From Blastocatellia bacterium (GTDB lineage: Bacteria > Acidobacteriota > Blastocatellia > RBC074), in assembly GCA_016789725.1 (NCBI GenBank), contig JAEUQN010000002.1, positions 24,035 to 88,034 of the forward strand: a stretch of 64,000 bases of DNA. The letters run 5' to 3'. Positions 30,429-40,263 of the stretch are shown here, one piece after another; the first letter of the stretch is position 1; each line of letters opens with the position of its first letter. A program made the position numbers and the translations under genes. The notes under the pieces were generated by a model. The model made no database searches, had not been told where the DNA came from, and saw nothing but the letters and a program-made list of their open reading frames with translations.

Positions 30429-30893
30429 TTAGTTGAATCGCACTAAATACCGAGATGAAGGCAACACTTCTTGCAACGAGCCATTTGCCACAACCATATA
30501 TTTGGCAGGTGAGCCATCGCTTGTATAACCGTCCGATTCAATTGTGAAGTTGGTTTGCAAACTGGTGGTACTGGGGGACAGCGGAACCATTTGGTAAGTG
30601 AACCCATTACTGAACAATGCTGTGGCAGAGGTCATTGCCCCCAAACCGCCCCCCTGAAATGAATTCAACTCAGTCAAATTCGCATACCGGGAATTTTGCA
30701 TGAAATAGTTATGTTCAGCGGTATACATCAAGCGCAGATTGGAAATGGCCGAGGCCTTTTTGGAAGCCACTCTTGCGTCGTGAAGCATGGGGGCCACGAC
30801 TGCCGCCAAAATGCCAATGATGGCGACGACGAGTAACAACTCAACTAAAGAAAATCCAGTTTGCGAACGTTGGTTATTCGATGAGAAAAGCAT
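30429..30893 (-). CDS. type IV pilin / pseudopilin-like protein (prepilin N-terminal methylation motif)
   Basis: Class III signal QTG|FSLVELLLVVAIIGILAAVVAP with Glu at +5. No other pilus genes lie nearby. Confidence 0.8.
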   Translation of the reverse strand: MLFSSNNQRSQTGFSLVELLLVVAIIGILAAVVAPMLHDARVASKKASAISNLRLMYTAEHNYFMQNSRYANLTELNSFQGGGLGAMTSATALFSNGFTYQMVPLSPSTTSLQTNFTIESDGYTSDGSPAKYMVVANGSLQEVLPSSRYLVRFN

Positions 30894-31026
30894 GTGAACT
30901 CCTAGTGATGTGGAGCCGAAAGGCTCGTTTCGCTCGGGTTGTTAGGGCTTTTCTCCAGGGATGATGGGGAAGTCTTGGTGGGCCAGCAAAAATTACGGGA
31001 TCATTATTTCTGGTTGCCGAATCTTG

Positions 31027-31860
31027 TCAACTATTTTCTTTAGTGCGAAAAATCTTTGGATAGGTGATTTGCTCCAGAAAGAGACCCGACGGTGGGGCCG
31101 TCAACGCAACGATCTTTCGTGATTCCCCACGCAATTGAGCCGCAAACTCTTCAACAGTCAAATTGTGCCGGCCCACTTCAACCAGCGTGCCGACAATGCG
31201 TCGCACCATATTCCATAAAAAATGAGAGGCTGTAATCCGAAACCGAATCAAGTGAGCATCGGTCGTAATTTCTGCGGATTTGACCACCACAATTGTGGAT
31301 TCATCCGGGCGACTCGGGTCCTGTTTGCTGAAGGCGGCAAAATCGTGACGACCCACTAATAATTCTGTACATTTTGCCATTGCTGCGACATCCAGCTTGT
31401 CTTTCACCCACCAGACCTGTTTTTTCGCAAAGGCTGTTTTGCGGGTCGAAATTTGATAGACGTAGGATCGCGTTCCTGCGTCGTGTCGCGCGTGAAAATT
31501 GGGATGCGCTTCCGCTACATCCAGCAAGCAAATATCCGCAGGCAACCGATCATTCAGTCCATACAGAATTTCTTTGGGGCGCAGGTTCATCTGTCCGCGT
31601 GGACGAAGTTTTAGGTGTGCAACTTGTGCCAGTGCATGAACGCCAGCGTCTGTGCGACCAGCCCCGCCGACCTCAACACGCGTGCCGAAAAAATCTTCAG
31701 CCGCTTTTTGCAATTCACCTTGGATGGTTTTGGCGTTCGTTTGTTCCTGCCACCCGTGATATTTCGTACCGTCGTACTCAAGCGTTAACTTCCAGCAAAA
31801 TGTAGTTGAGGGGCGATGATCGGTCATTGATGTTCGGTAGTTATTTTTTTGCCTGTTCAT
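31027..31860 (-). CDS. truA: tRNA pseudouridine(38-40) synthase
   Basis: KLTLEYDGTKYHGWQEQ and the catalytic GAGRTDAGVHA. The start could be 31827 instead. Confidence 0.92.
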   Translation of the reverse strand: MNRQKNNYRTSMTDHRPSTTFCWKLTLEYDGTKYHGWQEQTNAKTIQGELQKAAEDFFGTRVEVGGAGRTDAGVHALAQVAHLKLRPRGQMNLRPKEILYGLNDRLPADICLLDVAEAHPNFHARHDAGTRSYVYQISTRKTAFAKKQVWWVKDKLDVAAMAKCTELLVGRHDFAAFSKQDPSRPDESTIVVVKSAEITTDAHLIRFRITASHFLWNMVRRIVGTLVEVGRHNLTVEEFAAQLRGESRKIVALTAPPSGLFLEQITYPKIFRTKENS

Positions 31861-31885
31861 TTTTTCTGAAAATTATCGGTACGCC

Positions 31886-31907
31886 GAAACTGCAATGAAA
31901 CTGCAAT
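31886..31907. repeat. tandem duplication GAAACTGCAAT x2
   Basis: Two perfect 11-bp units, at 31886-31896 and 31897-31907. Confidence 0.9.
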
Positions 31908-31923
31908 CAGCAACCGTCATACT

Positions 31924-31965
31924 CCAAATCTCAAATCTCAAATTTCAAATTTCAAATCTCAAATT
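31924..31965. repeat. heptanucleotide tandem repeat (YCAAATY) x6
   Basis: Reads CCAAATC TCAAATC TCAAATT TCAAATT TCAAATC TCAAATT. It lies between the HerA stop (31993) and the truA start (31860). Confidence 0.9.
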
Positions 31966-31992
31966 GTCAGGTAGCCAGCACCGACCACCGTT

Positions 31993-33672
31993 TTATAAAT
32001 CCCACCCGTCTTTCATGTACGTGTCTTTCGGCTTCGGCTTCACCAGTTTTGCTTCTTCACGTTCGCGTGAGGCTTTGGCGCTTTTGGCAAAATACTTTTC
32101 CCATTCTGCCGGAGCATCAATCGTTTCGCCGCCGTGACGGGTGACGCGTGGGCGCACCTGTGCCAGCACAGGCGTGTTGATCGCCACGCCGGAAACAATC
32201 ACTTGCCCTTTTGTCAACGCTGGCAATTCGTCGAGCAGCCGTCGCCCCGCGCCTTCGACCGATGAAGCAATCGTTTGCTGATCTATCGGGTTCACAATGC
32301 GCATAATGAATTGCGTCATGCATTGCGACAGTACGTCCTGATCGAGTTTGCCGGGACGCTGCGTAATCAAGCCGATGCCGACGCCGAATTTGCGGCCTTC
32401 GGACAAAATCGTTTTCAGGATGTTGGTCGAAACGACTTGCGTTCCGGCGGGCGCGTACCGATGCGATTCTTCCAGCAGCACGAACACCGGATACGGTAAA
32501 TAACTCTCATCGCCTGTGTTTGCCTGCCCGCGCACTGTCGCCACGCGCGCTTTATTTAAGCGTCGAAGCAGTGTGCCAACGATGACTTGTTGTTCGCTTT
32601 CTTCAATGTCGGAAAGCTGCAACACCGTGCATTGACCGGGCTTCAGCATATCGGTCAATTCAATGTGTTCGTGATCCGAAAACGTTTTGCTTTGCTCGAA
32701 GCGTCGTCGCAAGCGCCATTCAAGGGCGTCAATCGTCGAAGAGTTGCCGCCGCCTTTGCCCTTCTCATCTTCGTACTTTTGCCCCAGCACCGCATCAAGC
32801 AAATCCAGAAAGCCCCACGTGCCGCGCTCGCCGTTCGGACTATTCATAATCGAACGATATGCGGGCGACAAAATGGATTTCATCTTTTCGGTCATTTCCG
32901 GCAACAGGTAGATAATGTCCGCTTCGGTCAACGAAGAAATCCGCACGCGAATTTTGTCCGGTGTGAAGATTTTGACTTCCGGTGCATAGCCGTCCGCGCC
33001 TTTAAAATCAGGGTGTTTGTGCAATTCCGTCAGCGTGTGATATTCGCCGTGCGGATCAACAATCAGCACCGCCGCGCGATTGTGCGGCATCATCAACTCT
33101 TCGATCAGCACGCTGGCCGTATAGCTTTTGCCCGCGCCCGTGCTCGCCAACACCGCCAAGTGCGTCGAAACCACGTCTTTGACCGAAAGCACAATCGGCA
33201 CTTCATCGCGTTTGCGCGTCAGCAGCGAGCCAATATGCGCGCCGCCGTATTGCCCTTTTTGTTTGGGCGACAACATCCGCGACAACATTTCGTTGGAAGC
33301 AACATACACGCCTTGCCCTGGCATCGGTGGAATGCGCGGATTGATGAAATCGCTCAGGCCTTCGTTGAAATAGCCAATCGCTTCGACAGTGATTTCGTAC
33401 AACTCGACATCTTCGTCCGGCAAGCCAATCAAGCTCGCAACCAATGACGGCGGCGTGTTCGGATCAGACAAAAAGCTGTCCGGCAAACTGCGCACGAGAG
33501 CGCGTTCGGTGATCGTGCCGACGATGTTGAGCTTGCCTTGGTCGTCGCCCGTGTCCGCAATGTAAAAGACAAATTCGCCGATGCGCGTGCGTTTGTTGTC
33601 GCTGGTGATGAACGTGTATTGATGCGGAAATTCGCCGGGGCCTTTGACTGTACCGATGAGTGTTTTTTGCAT
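31993..33672 (-). CDS. herA: HerA-family (DUF87) hexameric ATPase
   Basis: Walker A LASTGAGKSYTAS, Walker B LIVDPHGEY, LLEESHRYAP, and GRKFGVGIGLITQRPGKLDQDVLSQCMTQFIMRI. An N-terminal barrel-like region and a Lys-rich C-terminal tail are also present. Confidence 0.85.
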   Translation of the reverse strand: MQKTLIGTVKGPGEFPHQYTFITSDNKRTRIGEFVFYIADTGDDQGKLNIVGTITERALVRSLPDSFLSDPNTPPSLVASLIGLPDEDVELYEITVEAIGYFNEGLSDFINPRIPPMPGQGVYVASNEMLSRMLSPKQKGQYGGAHIGSLLTRKRDEVPIVLSVKDVVSTHLAVLASTGAGKSYTASVLIEELMMPHNRAAVLIVDPHGEYHTLTELHKHPDFKGADGYAPEVKIFTPDKIRVRISSLTEADIIYLLPEMTEKMKSILSPAYRSIMNSPNGERGTWGFLDLLDAVLGQKYEDEKGKGGGNSSTIDALEWRLRRRFEQSKTFSDHEHIELTDMLKPGQCTVLQLSDIEESEQQVIVGTLLRRLNKARVATVRGQANTGDESYLPYPVFVLLEESHRYAPAGTQVVSTNILKTILSEGRKFGVGIGLITQRPGKLDQDVLSQCMTQFIMRIVNPIDQQTIASSVEGAGRRLLDELPALTKGQVIVSGVAINTPVLAQVRPRVTRHGGETIDAPAEWEKYFAKSAKASREREEAKLVKPKPKDTYMKDGWDL

Positions 33673-33697
33673 GATTCTATTTCAACTAAATGTGCGA

Positions 33698-34339
33698 TTA
33701 CTCTGTGCGTGAGATGTCCGCTTGTAAAAATAATCGTTCTAGTTCGCGCAAGGGCAATGCCGCAGCCTTTTCGCCCATAACTGCTGTGAGGTACCCTCGC
33801 ACTTCATCCCGATTCACCAGGTTGGGTTGTTGCAGCAGCCACAGCAAATCAATCTGATCTTTGCCGCGCCCCGCGATGTATTTCAGAATCACCATCCATT
33901 CAGGGCTGACAACAAAAAGTCCTTCGTCGGTTTCGACAGCATCGCGCAAAGCCGCTTCGTAAAACTCGCGGAAAAAATCGTCGCGGACAATCCAATCCAA
34001 ATCAATCTCACGTTTGCCTGTCGAAGCGGGGTATGTTTCGCCGCCAAAGCTCAATTTATCTTTGGCTGCCCAGCCGAGCGGTTTGTCAGCAATGAAATCT
34101 ACATCTGTGGTCGCGCGCGTAAAGCCGTACAGGTGCATCGCTAAACCACCCGCCATCGCGCAGACGATACCTTGTTCGCGTGCCGCTTGGCCCGCTGCTT
34201 TTGCCACTTCCAACCCTTCTTCTGTCGAAATAGATTGCTTGTCGGGCGTGAGGTTGCGGCGCAATAAGGCTTGGATTTCTTCTTTGCTCATACCTTTCAG
34301 CGCGTGACTGTAGCACTCTAACCGCGAGAGCGAAACCAT
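33698..34339 (-). CDS. small nucleotidyltransferase-fold protein (AbiEii/MNT-like signature)
   Basis: Pol-beta NTase motif [20 protein letters not shown] (GG..x..DxD) and a distal [16 protein letters not shown] 34339 overlaps the epimerase 3' end by 22 nt. ATG 34291 is an alternative start. Confidence 0.55.
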   Translation of the reverse strand: MVSLSRLECYSHALKGMSKEEIQALLRRNLTPDKQSISTEEGLEVAKAAGQAAREQGIVCAMAGGLAMHLYGFTRATTDVDFIADKPLGWAAKDKLSFGGETYPASTGKREIDLDWIVRDDFFREFYEAALRDAVETDEGLFVVSPEWMVILKYIAGRGKDQIDLLWLLQQPNLVNRDEVRGYLTAVMGEKAAALPLRELERLFLQADISRTE

Positions 34340-35271
34340 TCCACAAATTTACTGATGCCGGTTTCAATCGTCGTCGTCGGCACATAGCCCAGCAACTGTT
34401 CAGCTTTGTTGATGTCGGCGTGCGTGCGTTCCAAATCGCCGGGATGCATGGGAAGCCGGTCAATATTGGCTTTGACGCCAAGTGCAGTTTCCAGCATTTC
34501 GACCAGACGTTTGAGAGGAACCATTTCTGAACAGCCAAGGTTGATCGCTTCAAATGGCGTTTGGTTGTACTGCAACGCGGCGATGATACCGCTCACGATG
34601 TCGCTGACGAAGGTGTAATCGCGTTCCGTTGTGCCGTCGCCGTAAAGCGGAATTGGTTTGCCTGCGGTCATCAGCCGCGCAAATTTGTGAATCGCTAAAT
34701 CGGGGCGCTGGCGCGGGCCGTATACGGTGAAAAAACGCAGGCAGACGGTTTGGATTTGATAGAGGTGGCTGTAGGTGTAGGCGAACATTTCGCCTGCGGC
34801 TTTGCTTGCAGCATAGGGTGAAATCGGCAGCGGCAAAAACTCTTCTTTGAAGGGCGCGTTCGGGTTTGCGCCGTAGATTGAACTCGACGAGCCGAAGACG
34901 AATTTCCTGATGCTAAATTCGCGCGCCAATTCCAGTAAATGCAGGGTTCCGGTGACGTTGGTTTGTTCGTAGTCAATGGCCTGTTCGAGCGAAGGCCGCA
35001 CGCCAGTGCAAGCGGCTAAATGCACAATCGCGTCGAACGGAGTTTCAGAAAAAATGGATCGCAACCGCTCGAACTCTCGAATGTCAGCTTCAATCAATTG
35101 GTAGCGCGGATTTTCCAGATGGGCGCGCACGTTCGCGCGTTTGATTTCGGGGGCATAAAAATCGCTGAAGTTGTCTACGACGACGACGCGGGCTTCCGTG
35201 GTTGCGAGCAAGCGATCAACGAGATGGCTGCCAATAAAGCCTGCTCCACCGGTCACAAGAATCGTTTTCAT
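34318..35271 (-). CDS. NAD-dependent nucleotide-sugar epimerase/dehydratase (SDR family)
   Basis: Rossmann motif [17 protein letters not shown], catalytic YAASKAAGE (YxxxK), and SSSSIYG. Confidence 0.9.
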   Translation of the reverse strand: MKTILVTGGAGFIGSHLVDRLLATTEARVVVVDNFSDFYAPEIKRANVRAHLENPRYQLIEADIREFERLRSIFSETPFDAIVHLAACTGVRPSLEQAIDYEQTNVTGTLHLLELAREFSIRKFVFGSSSSIYGANPNAPFKEEFLPLPISPYAASKAAGEMFAYTYSHLYQIQTVCLRFFTVYGPRQRPDLAIHKFARLMTAGKPIPLYGDGTTERDYTFVSDIVSGIIAALQYNQTPFEAINLGCSEMVPLKRLVEMLETALGVKANIDRLPMHPGDLERTHADINKAEQLLGYVPTTTIETGISKFVEWFRSRG

Positions 35272-35291
35272 TGGTCAGAAGTTTCCTCTCA

Positions 35292-37091
35292 TTAAAATGG
35301 TGACGCGCTCATCCGATCCTGCCAGAACATTTGATAATACTCCCCGCGTTGTTGGAGCAATTCGGCGTGTGTGCCTTGTTCGATGACGCGGCCATTGCGC
35401 AGCACTACAATCTGATCGTAGCGGTCCAAATCTGAAAAGTGATGTGCAATGACGAGCGTTGTTTTGCCTTCCCGCAACCGATCCACCGCTTTATGAATCA
35501 GCGCTGCAGATTCAGGATCAACCGCCGACGTTGGTTCGTCCAGAATCAGGATCGAAGGATGAGTAATAATCGCGCGCGCCAGACATAACCGTTGTCGCTG
35601 CCCGCCCGATAAGGTCGAACCGCGCTCGCCAATGATTGTGTCGTAACCGTGTGGAAACGCCGCGATAAAATCGTGCGCATAGGCTTGGCGGGCGGCGGCT
35701 TCGATTTCTGCTGTCGTTGCATCCGGCTTACCGTAAGCAATGTTTTCGCGGATCGAAGCGCCGAATAACAGCGAATCCTGAATCACAATCCCAATTTCGC
35801 GGCGCAACGTTTCGCGTTGATATTTTTCAATATTCACTCCGTCAATTGTGATGGTCCCTGCCTTCGCGTGATAGAACCGCAGAATCAAATTCGCAATCGT
35901 AGACTTGCCCGAACCTGACATGCCGACCAAGGCGACGTGATGGCCCGGCGCAACCTTGAATGACACGTCGTGCAGCACATCATTGCCGGTGCCGTAATCA
36001 AATGCGACACGGTCGAAAACGATTTCGCCTTTGAGCTGTGAAACGACAACAGCGGATTCGCTGTCCCACGTTTCCGGCTCAGTGTCGAGGATTTCGGCGA
36101 TACGCTGTTTGCTGACCGCCGCCCGCGAAAGCCGCGTCGAAATTTTGGCGAGGTTGCGCAGCGGTTTGTACATATCGTTCAAATACGCTGTAAACACCAG
36201 CACATCGCCCGGCGTCATCTGGTTTTTCAGCACGAGCAGCGCGCCGTACAGCACCGTGGCCCACATCCCGAACGCTTTGATAAGTTCGACCGTACGTGTT
36301 GCCGCTGCCGCCATTCGTTCGGTGCGAATGCCTTCCTCTAAGGTCTGCGCGCTTTCCTCATCGAAGCGTTCTTGTTCGTACTGTTCGCGTCCGAAGGCTT
36401 TGACGAGGGTGACAGACGACAGCACTTCGCTGACACGCGCGGCGATGCGGCCTTCGCGTTCCCGTTGCTGGCGCGTCGAAACTTTGATCTTGCGATAAAT
36501 GTACGCGAGCGCAAAAAACAGAATCGGCAAGGTCGCCAGCGCGATCAAACTCAGCTTCCAATTAAGCCAGATCAGCACCGTAAACATACCGATGATCGTC
36601 AGCACTTGTGCTACCGACGTCAGCACTGATTCGACGAATACATCCTTAAAAACCTCGGTTTCGCCCGTGACTTTCGTGAGCAATTCGCCTGTGCGCGCGC
36701 GGCTGTAATAGCTGAGCGAAAGCTGCTGCAAATGCGCGAATACCTCGCGGCGCAGCGTGTACACCAAACTATAGCCAATGCGCGAAAACAGAAAGTCCTG
36801 AAAGTACGAAAAGATGCTGCGCGCGCCTGAGATGAATAAAATCCCCAATGAAATCAGTACGACGGCGGTGATCTTGCCATTTGCCAGCCAACCGCTCATC
36901 CACGCTAGATTCGTCGGCAACGGTTTGTCGAGCAGCACATAGTCAAAAATGATTTTCAGCGGCCAGGGCGAAAGCAATTCCGTCAATGTCAGCACGAGCA
37001 TGCTCAGGAACGACAGCACAATGCTGCGCCGTTCCTGCCAAAGGTGGCCTTTGATAATGGCCTGAAAATCTGCTCGTTGCTGTTTTTTCAT
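35292..37091 (-). CDS. ABC exporter, fused permease/ATPase (MsbA-like)
   Basis: Six-TM N-terminal domain. Walker A GMSGSGKST, signature LSGGQRQR, Walker B ILILDEPTSAVD. Confidence 0.92.
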   Translation of the reverse strand: MKKQQRADFQAIIKGHLWQERRSIVLSFLSMLVLTLTELLSPWPLKIIFDYVLLDKPLPTNLAWMSGWLANGKITAVVLISLGILFISGARSIFSYFQDFLFSRIGYSLVYTLRREVFAHLQQLSLSYYSRARTGELLTKVTGETEVFKDVFVESVLTSVAQVLTIIGMFTVLIWLNWKLSLIALATLPILFFALAYIYRKIKVSTRQQREREGRIAARVSEVLSSVTLVKAFGREQYEQERFDEESAQTLEEGIRTERMAAAATRTVELIKAFGMWATVLYGALLVLKNQMTPGDVLVFTAYLNDMYKPLRNLAKISTRLSRAAVSKQRIAEILDTEPETWDSESAVVVSQLKGEIVFDRVAFDYGTGNDVLHDVSFKVAPGHHVALVGMSGSGKSTIANLILRFYHAKAGTITIDGVNIEKYQRETLRREIGIVIQDSLLFGASIRENIAYGKPDATTAEIEAAARQAYAHDFIAAFPHGYDTIIGERGSTLSGGQRQRLCLARAIITHPSILILDEPTSAVDPESAALIHKAVDRLREGKTTLVIAHHFSDLDRYDQIVVLRNGRVIEQGTHAELLQQRGEYYQMFWQDRMSASPF

Positions 37092-37143
37092 TTACCTAAG
37101 TTCTGCCTGCCAATCTGCAATAGATAAAATAGACAAGGCCGAT

Positions 37144-37860
37144 TTATAACAAGTTCCCGAAGGTATGAACGCGAGCGTTTGATGATTGTCGCAATGTTTC
37201 CAGCAATCGTTCTACAAACAAAAATGCTTCGTCGTTCATGACTTTGTGATGCAACATAATGCCAATGGGCTGTGATGACGTAAGCTGTTGTGAAATTGCT
37301 GACAGCAACTCTTCCTGGGGCTTTAGCGTGGCCCCATCTTTCCATCGAAACAAATCCAGCGTGACGGAAATTTCCTGAAATGAAAAGCCTGTGAGCGGGG
37401 ACGTGACGCTGTGTAATTGCGACAGCACGCGAAAGCCGAGTTGATCCAAGGCCTGATGCGTGTTTGCCGTGCAGCGATTCCAGGGCGGAATAAACGCGGG
37501 AAACCAATCGTGACCAAAGGCTTCGTGCATTTGTGCTTGCCCGCGAGCGATGTCTTTGAATTGTTCGTCAAAACTGCGACTGTGGCCGAATTCACATTTG
37601 CGCCCGGTCAATTCGTGATTCGCGTGTTGCCAGCCGTGCTGCACGATTTCGATGGAATCTGAAAATTTTGCGAGCAGGCTGACAGCTTCGTCGGTCAGCT
37701 TCGCCGGGATGACGCCTAAAATTACAGGTGCATTTTTCCCCGCAAAAAGATCAAGCAGGCGGCGCAATGTCGGTTCGTCTTCGTCCACATCATCATCGCG
37801 GAAAAACACTTCGACGGGTTTGCTGGCGGTTAATTGTTGTTGCAGTTCTAACCAATTCAT
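37144..37860 (-). CDS. polysaccharide-deacetylase-like protein (DUF2334-type pattern)
   Basis: FFRDDDVDE...APVILGVIPAKL...VQHGWQHANHE resembles the D-D / H-x-H layout of CE4-like and DUF2334 proteins. This assignment is from memory only. Confidence 0.5.
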   Translation of the reverse strand: MNWLELQQQLTASKPVEVFFRDDDVDEDEPTLRRLLDLFAGKNAPVILGVIPAKLTDEAVSLLAKFSDSIEIVQHGWQHANHELTGRKCEFGHSRSFDEQFKDIARGQAQMHEAFGHDWFPAFIPPWNRCTANTHQALDQLGFRVLSQLHSVTSPLTGFSFQEISVTLDLFRWKDGATLKPQEELLSAISQQLTSSQPIGIMLHHKVMNDEAFLFVERLLETLRQSSNARVHTFGNLL

Positions 37861-37866
37861 AAGGCT

Positions 37867-38991
37867 TCATAAAGTGGACAAAATGCGCGCGGTTGCGGCT
37901 GCGCCATTCATATCAATCGTTACAGGCGGCACGGGCGTTTGCAAACTTTGCGTGATTGCTTCGGCCAGTTGTGCCGGGTCAAGTTGTTGGATGAGGCGTA
38001 CCCGACCGAGTTGTTCCAGCTTGCGCGCGCGCATCGTTTGTTCCTGATTGTTATTGCCCGTGAACGGATACAAAATCGCGCGCACGCCTGCCGACAAAAT
38101 ATCCATGCACGTGTTGTAACCTGCCATACTAATGGATAAATCCGCCTGTTGCAGTAAGGCTGGAAAATCGGGCGTGAAGCGTTCGAGCGAGATCGTTGCT
38201 TGTTGTGCGATGCGTTGTTGTAATTGGGCGAAGATTTCATTCGGGCAGTGCGGGCCGGTCACGATGTGCAGGTGATGCCGTATGGTGAGCAACCCGCTCG
38301 CGGCAATCGCACAGTCAATCAACTCGTGACCGACGCGACCGCCACCAATGCTAACGAGCAGCGTTGGCACATCGTTTTGCTTTCGCTCGGAAAGCGGGCG
38401 CGATTGCACGACAAAGCCAGTGTAGAGCACCTTACACGTCAGATCAGGCACACGCGGAAACGTTTCCTCCAGTCGTTGAAAGTTGGGATCGGAATGAATC
38501 AGTAACAAATCAAAATACCGATTCATCAAGGTACAAGCTTCCTGCTCAAACTGTTCCTGCTGGCGTTTGCTAACAAGAATATCGCGCAGACTGCACACCA
38601 CTTTGGTTGGTGACTGAATCGCTTCCAGCAGCGGCAGCAACTCAAAATCGAATTTGCGCCGCCCGAATGGGAACAGCTCAATCACGACGACCTCCGGTTT
38701 GATTCGGTCGTAGGTCGCACGCAGTTGCTGCGTGCGTTGTGCTTTCACCTCGTCTAAATTGAAATCGCTTTTGCTCAATTGCAATTGCTGAAATTCGGCG
38801 TCAGATTTCAGCGCAGGCAGGTTGACGACTTCCACTTCCGATGGCATTTCCAACCCGCGCACAATCTCGCCGCCATTCACAAAACACACGTCGAAATCAC
38901 TGAGCGCCCGCACAATGGCGCGGCTGCGGATGTAATGCCCAATGCCTAAAACGGGCTGGCAATAAAACAAAAGTCGTTTCCTCATAGGCAT
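37867..38991 (-). CDS. glycosyltransferase, GT-B fold with MurG/GT28-like C-terminal domain
   Basis: N-terminal LLFYCQPVLGIGHYIRSRAI and C-terminal SMAGYNTCMDILSAGVRAILYPF. A paralog lies at 40264-41439. The start at 38991 or 38985 overlaps the upstream stop. Confidence 0.65.
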   Translation of the reverse strand: MPMRKRLLFYCQPVLGIGHYIRSRAIVRALSDFDVCFVNGGEIVRGLEMPSEVEVVNLPALKSDAEFQQLQLSKSDFNLDEVKAQRTQQLRATYDRIKPEVVVIELFPFGRRKFDFELLPLLEAIQSPTKVVCSLRDILVSKRQQEQFEQEACTLMNRYFDLLLIHSDPNFQRLEETFPRVPDLTCKVLYTGFVVQSRPLSERKQNDVPTLLVSIGGGRVGHELIDCAIAASGLLTIRHHLHIVTGPHCPNEIFAQLQQRIAQQATISLERFTPDFPALLQQADLSISMAGYNTCMDILSAGVRAILYPFTGNNNQEQTMRARKLEQLGRVRLIQQLDPAQLAEAITQSLQTPVPPVTIDMNGAAATARILSTL

Positions 38992-40259
38992 TTTTGCAAG
39001 AGTTGAAATAGTTCTACGACTGTCACCTCCGCGTCGAAAATACGGCAAATTTTCTCGCGGGCGGCTTTCCCCAATCGTTGTCGCAACGCCGCATCGTTCA
39101 GCAATTCTGCCAATGCCTTGGCCAACGCCTCCGCATTTTTTTGCGGCACTAACAGGCCATCAACTCGCTGATCTACCAACTCAGGGATGCCCGAAATATC
39201 GGTCGAAACAATCGGTAATTCCATTGCCATAGCTTCAGCCAAGACGTTTGGAATGCCGTCACGGTCGCCGCTTTCGATAATTTGACAGGCCAACGCAAAC
39301 ACCGTCGCGCTTTTATAGATGTGCCGTAGCTCTTCCTGTGTCACGGCGGAATGAATGATTACGGTGTCAGTGAGGTGCAATTGTTGGATGAGTGCTTTGG
39401 TTGGTTCGGCATCGCCGCCGCCAACGATGTGGCATTCAAATTTCAGCCCTTGTTCTCTCAGAACGCGACAGGCTTCGACCAAGTATTTGTACCCCTTTTT
39501 TTCGACGAAGCGGCCCACGGATAGCACGATAGGGATTGGTGCTGGCGTTGGTTCCAGCGGCGCAAATTGCTTTGTATCCAAGCCGTGATAGATCGTGTGA
39601 ATCGGTGCGCTGTGCGGCTCAACTTCGCGTAGGTGCTGTTCGTTTGCTTTCGTGCAAGTTGCAATAAACTTCGCGCGCCGCAGTTTGATATTGAGTAAAT
39701 CGCCGGGATTGAGTTCTGCCAAATAGATGTCTTTGGCGTGGGCGGTGAGGCTGAAAGGCAGACCGGAAAGCTGGCTCGCAAACATCGTGACGGTCGTGGA
39801 GGTGTGCGCAAAATGCGCGTGCAAATGACGAATGCGACCTGATGCCAAAGCCTTTTGCGCGATAAATCCGGCCTGCAAAAATTCCTTAATGAATTGTTTT
39901 TCCTGGTGTTTGAAACCAAGCTTGAGCGCGAACAAAAGCGTGTGCAGATAGGCGAATGGACGAGTTTTGAAGAGCACAGAATGCGTGGCGGAAAACTGTC
40001 CGAGATTGTTCTTGAGCCATTGCCACAAGCTCTCTTCGGTCAAGGATGAAAGCGGCGGAAGGTAGGTGACAGGTGCTTTGATGGCGTCTACCACCGCATG
40101 TCGTTTCTGCCCTTCCAGTTTAATGAGAGAGAAGATCGAAAGCTTCAGACCGAGTTTTTCCAGTAAGTAAATTTCATTCGTGATGAATGTTTCGGAGGTG
40201 CGGGCAAACCCTTTCAGGATGTATCCGATTTCGGACGCGGAAGAAGTAGTTTGAGACAT
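38982..40259 (-). CDS. glycosyltransferase family 4 (GT-B, group 1)
   Basis: C-terminal domain VGRFVEKKGYKYL ... ESGDRDGIPNVLAEAMAMELPIVSTDISGIPELV (E-x7-E region). ATG 40259 lies 4 nt after the upstream stop. Confidence 0.85.
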   Translation of the reverse strand: MSQTTSSASEIGYILKGFARTSETFITNEIYLLEKLGLKLSIFSLIKLEGQKRHAVVDAIKAPVTYLPPLSSLTEESLWQWLKNNLGQFSATHSVLFKTRPFAYLHTLLFALKLGFKHQEKQFIKEFLQAGFIAQKALASGRIRHLHAHFAHTSTTVTMFASQLSGLPFSLTAHAKDIYLAELNPGDLLNIKLRRAKFIATCTKANEQHLREVEPHSAPIHTIYHGLDTKQFAPLEPTPAPIPIVLSVGRFVEKKGYKYLVEACRVLREQGLKFECHIVGGGDAEPTKALIQQLHLTDTVIIHSAVTQEELRHIYKSATVFALACQIIESGDRDGIPNVLAEAMAMELPIVSTDISGIPELVDQRVDGLLVPQKNAEALAKALAELLNDAALRQRLGKAAREKICRIFDAEVTVVELFQLLQKCL

Positions 40260-40263
40260 GCGG

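Noticed and set aside
31924-31965. Possible CRISPR or other spaced-repeat array
   Set aside because: The units are contiguous 7-mers with no spacers. No cas genes are in the window. No CRISPR array was seen anywhere in the 64 kb.
32587-33447. 286-aa plus-strand ORF
   Set aside because: Antisense shadow inside the HerA ATPase gene. Arg/Phe/His-rich composition.
31027-35271. Search for a NurA nuclease or other known HerA partner around herA
   Set aside because: The flanking genes are truA and an SDR epimerase. The only adjacent unknown has an NTase signature rather than NurA/RNase-H-like features.
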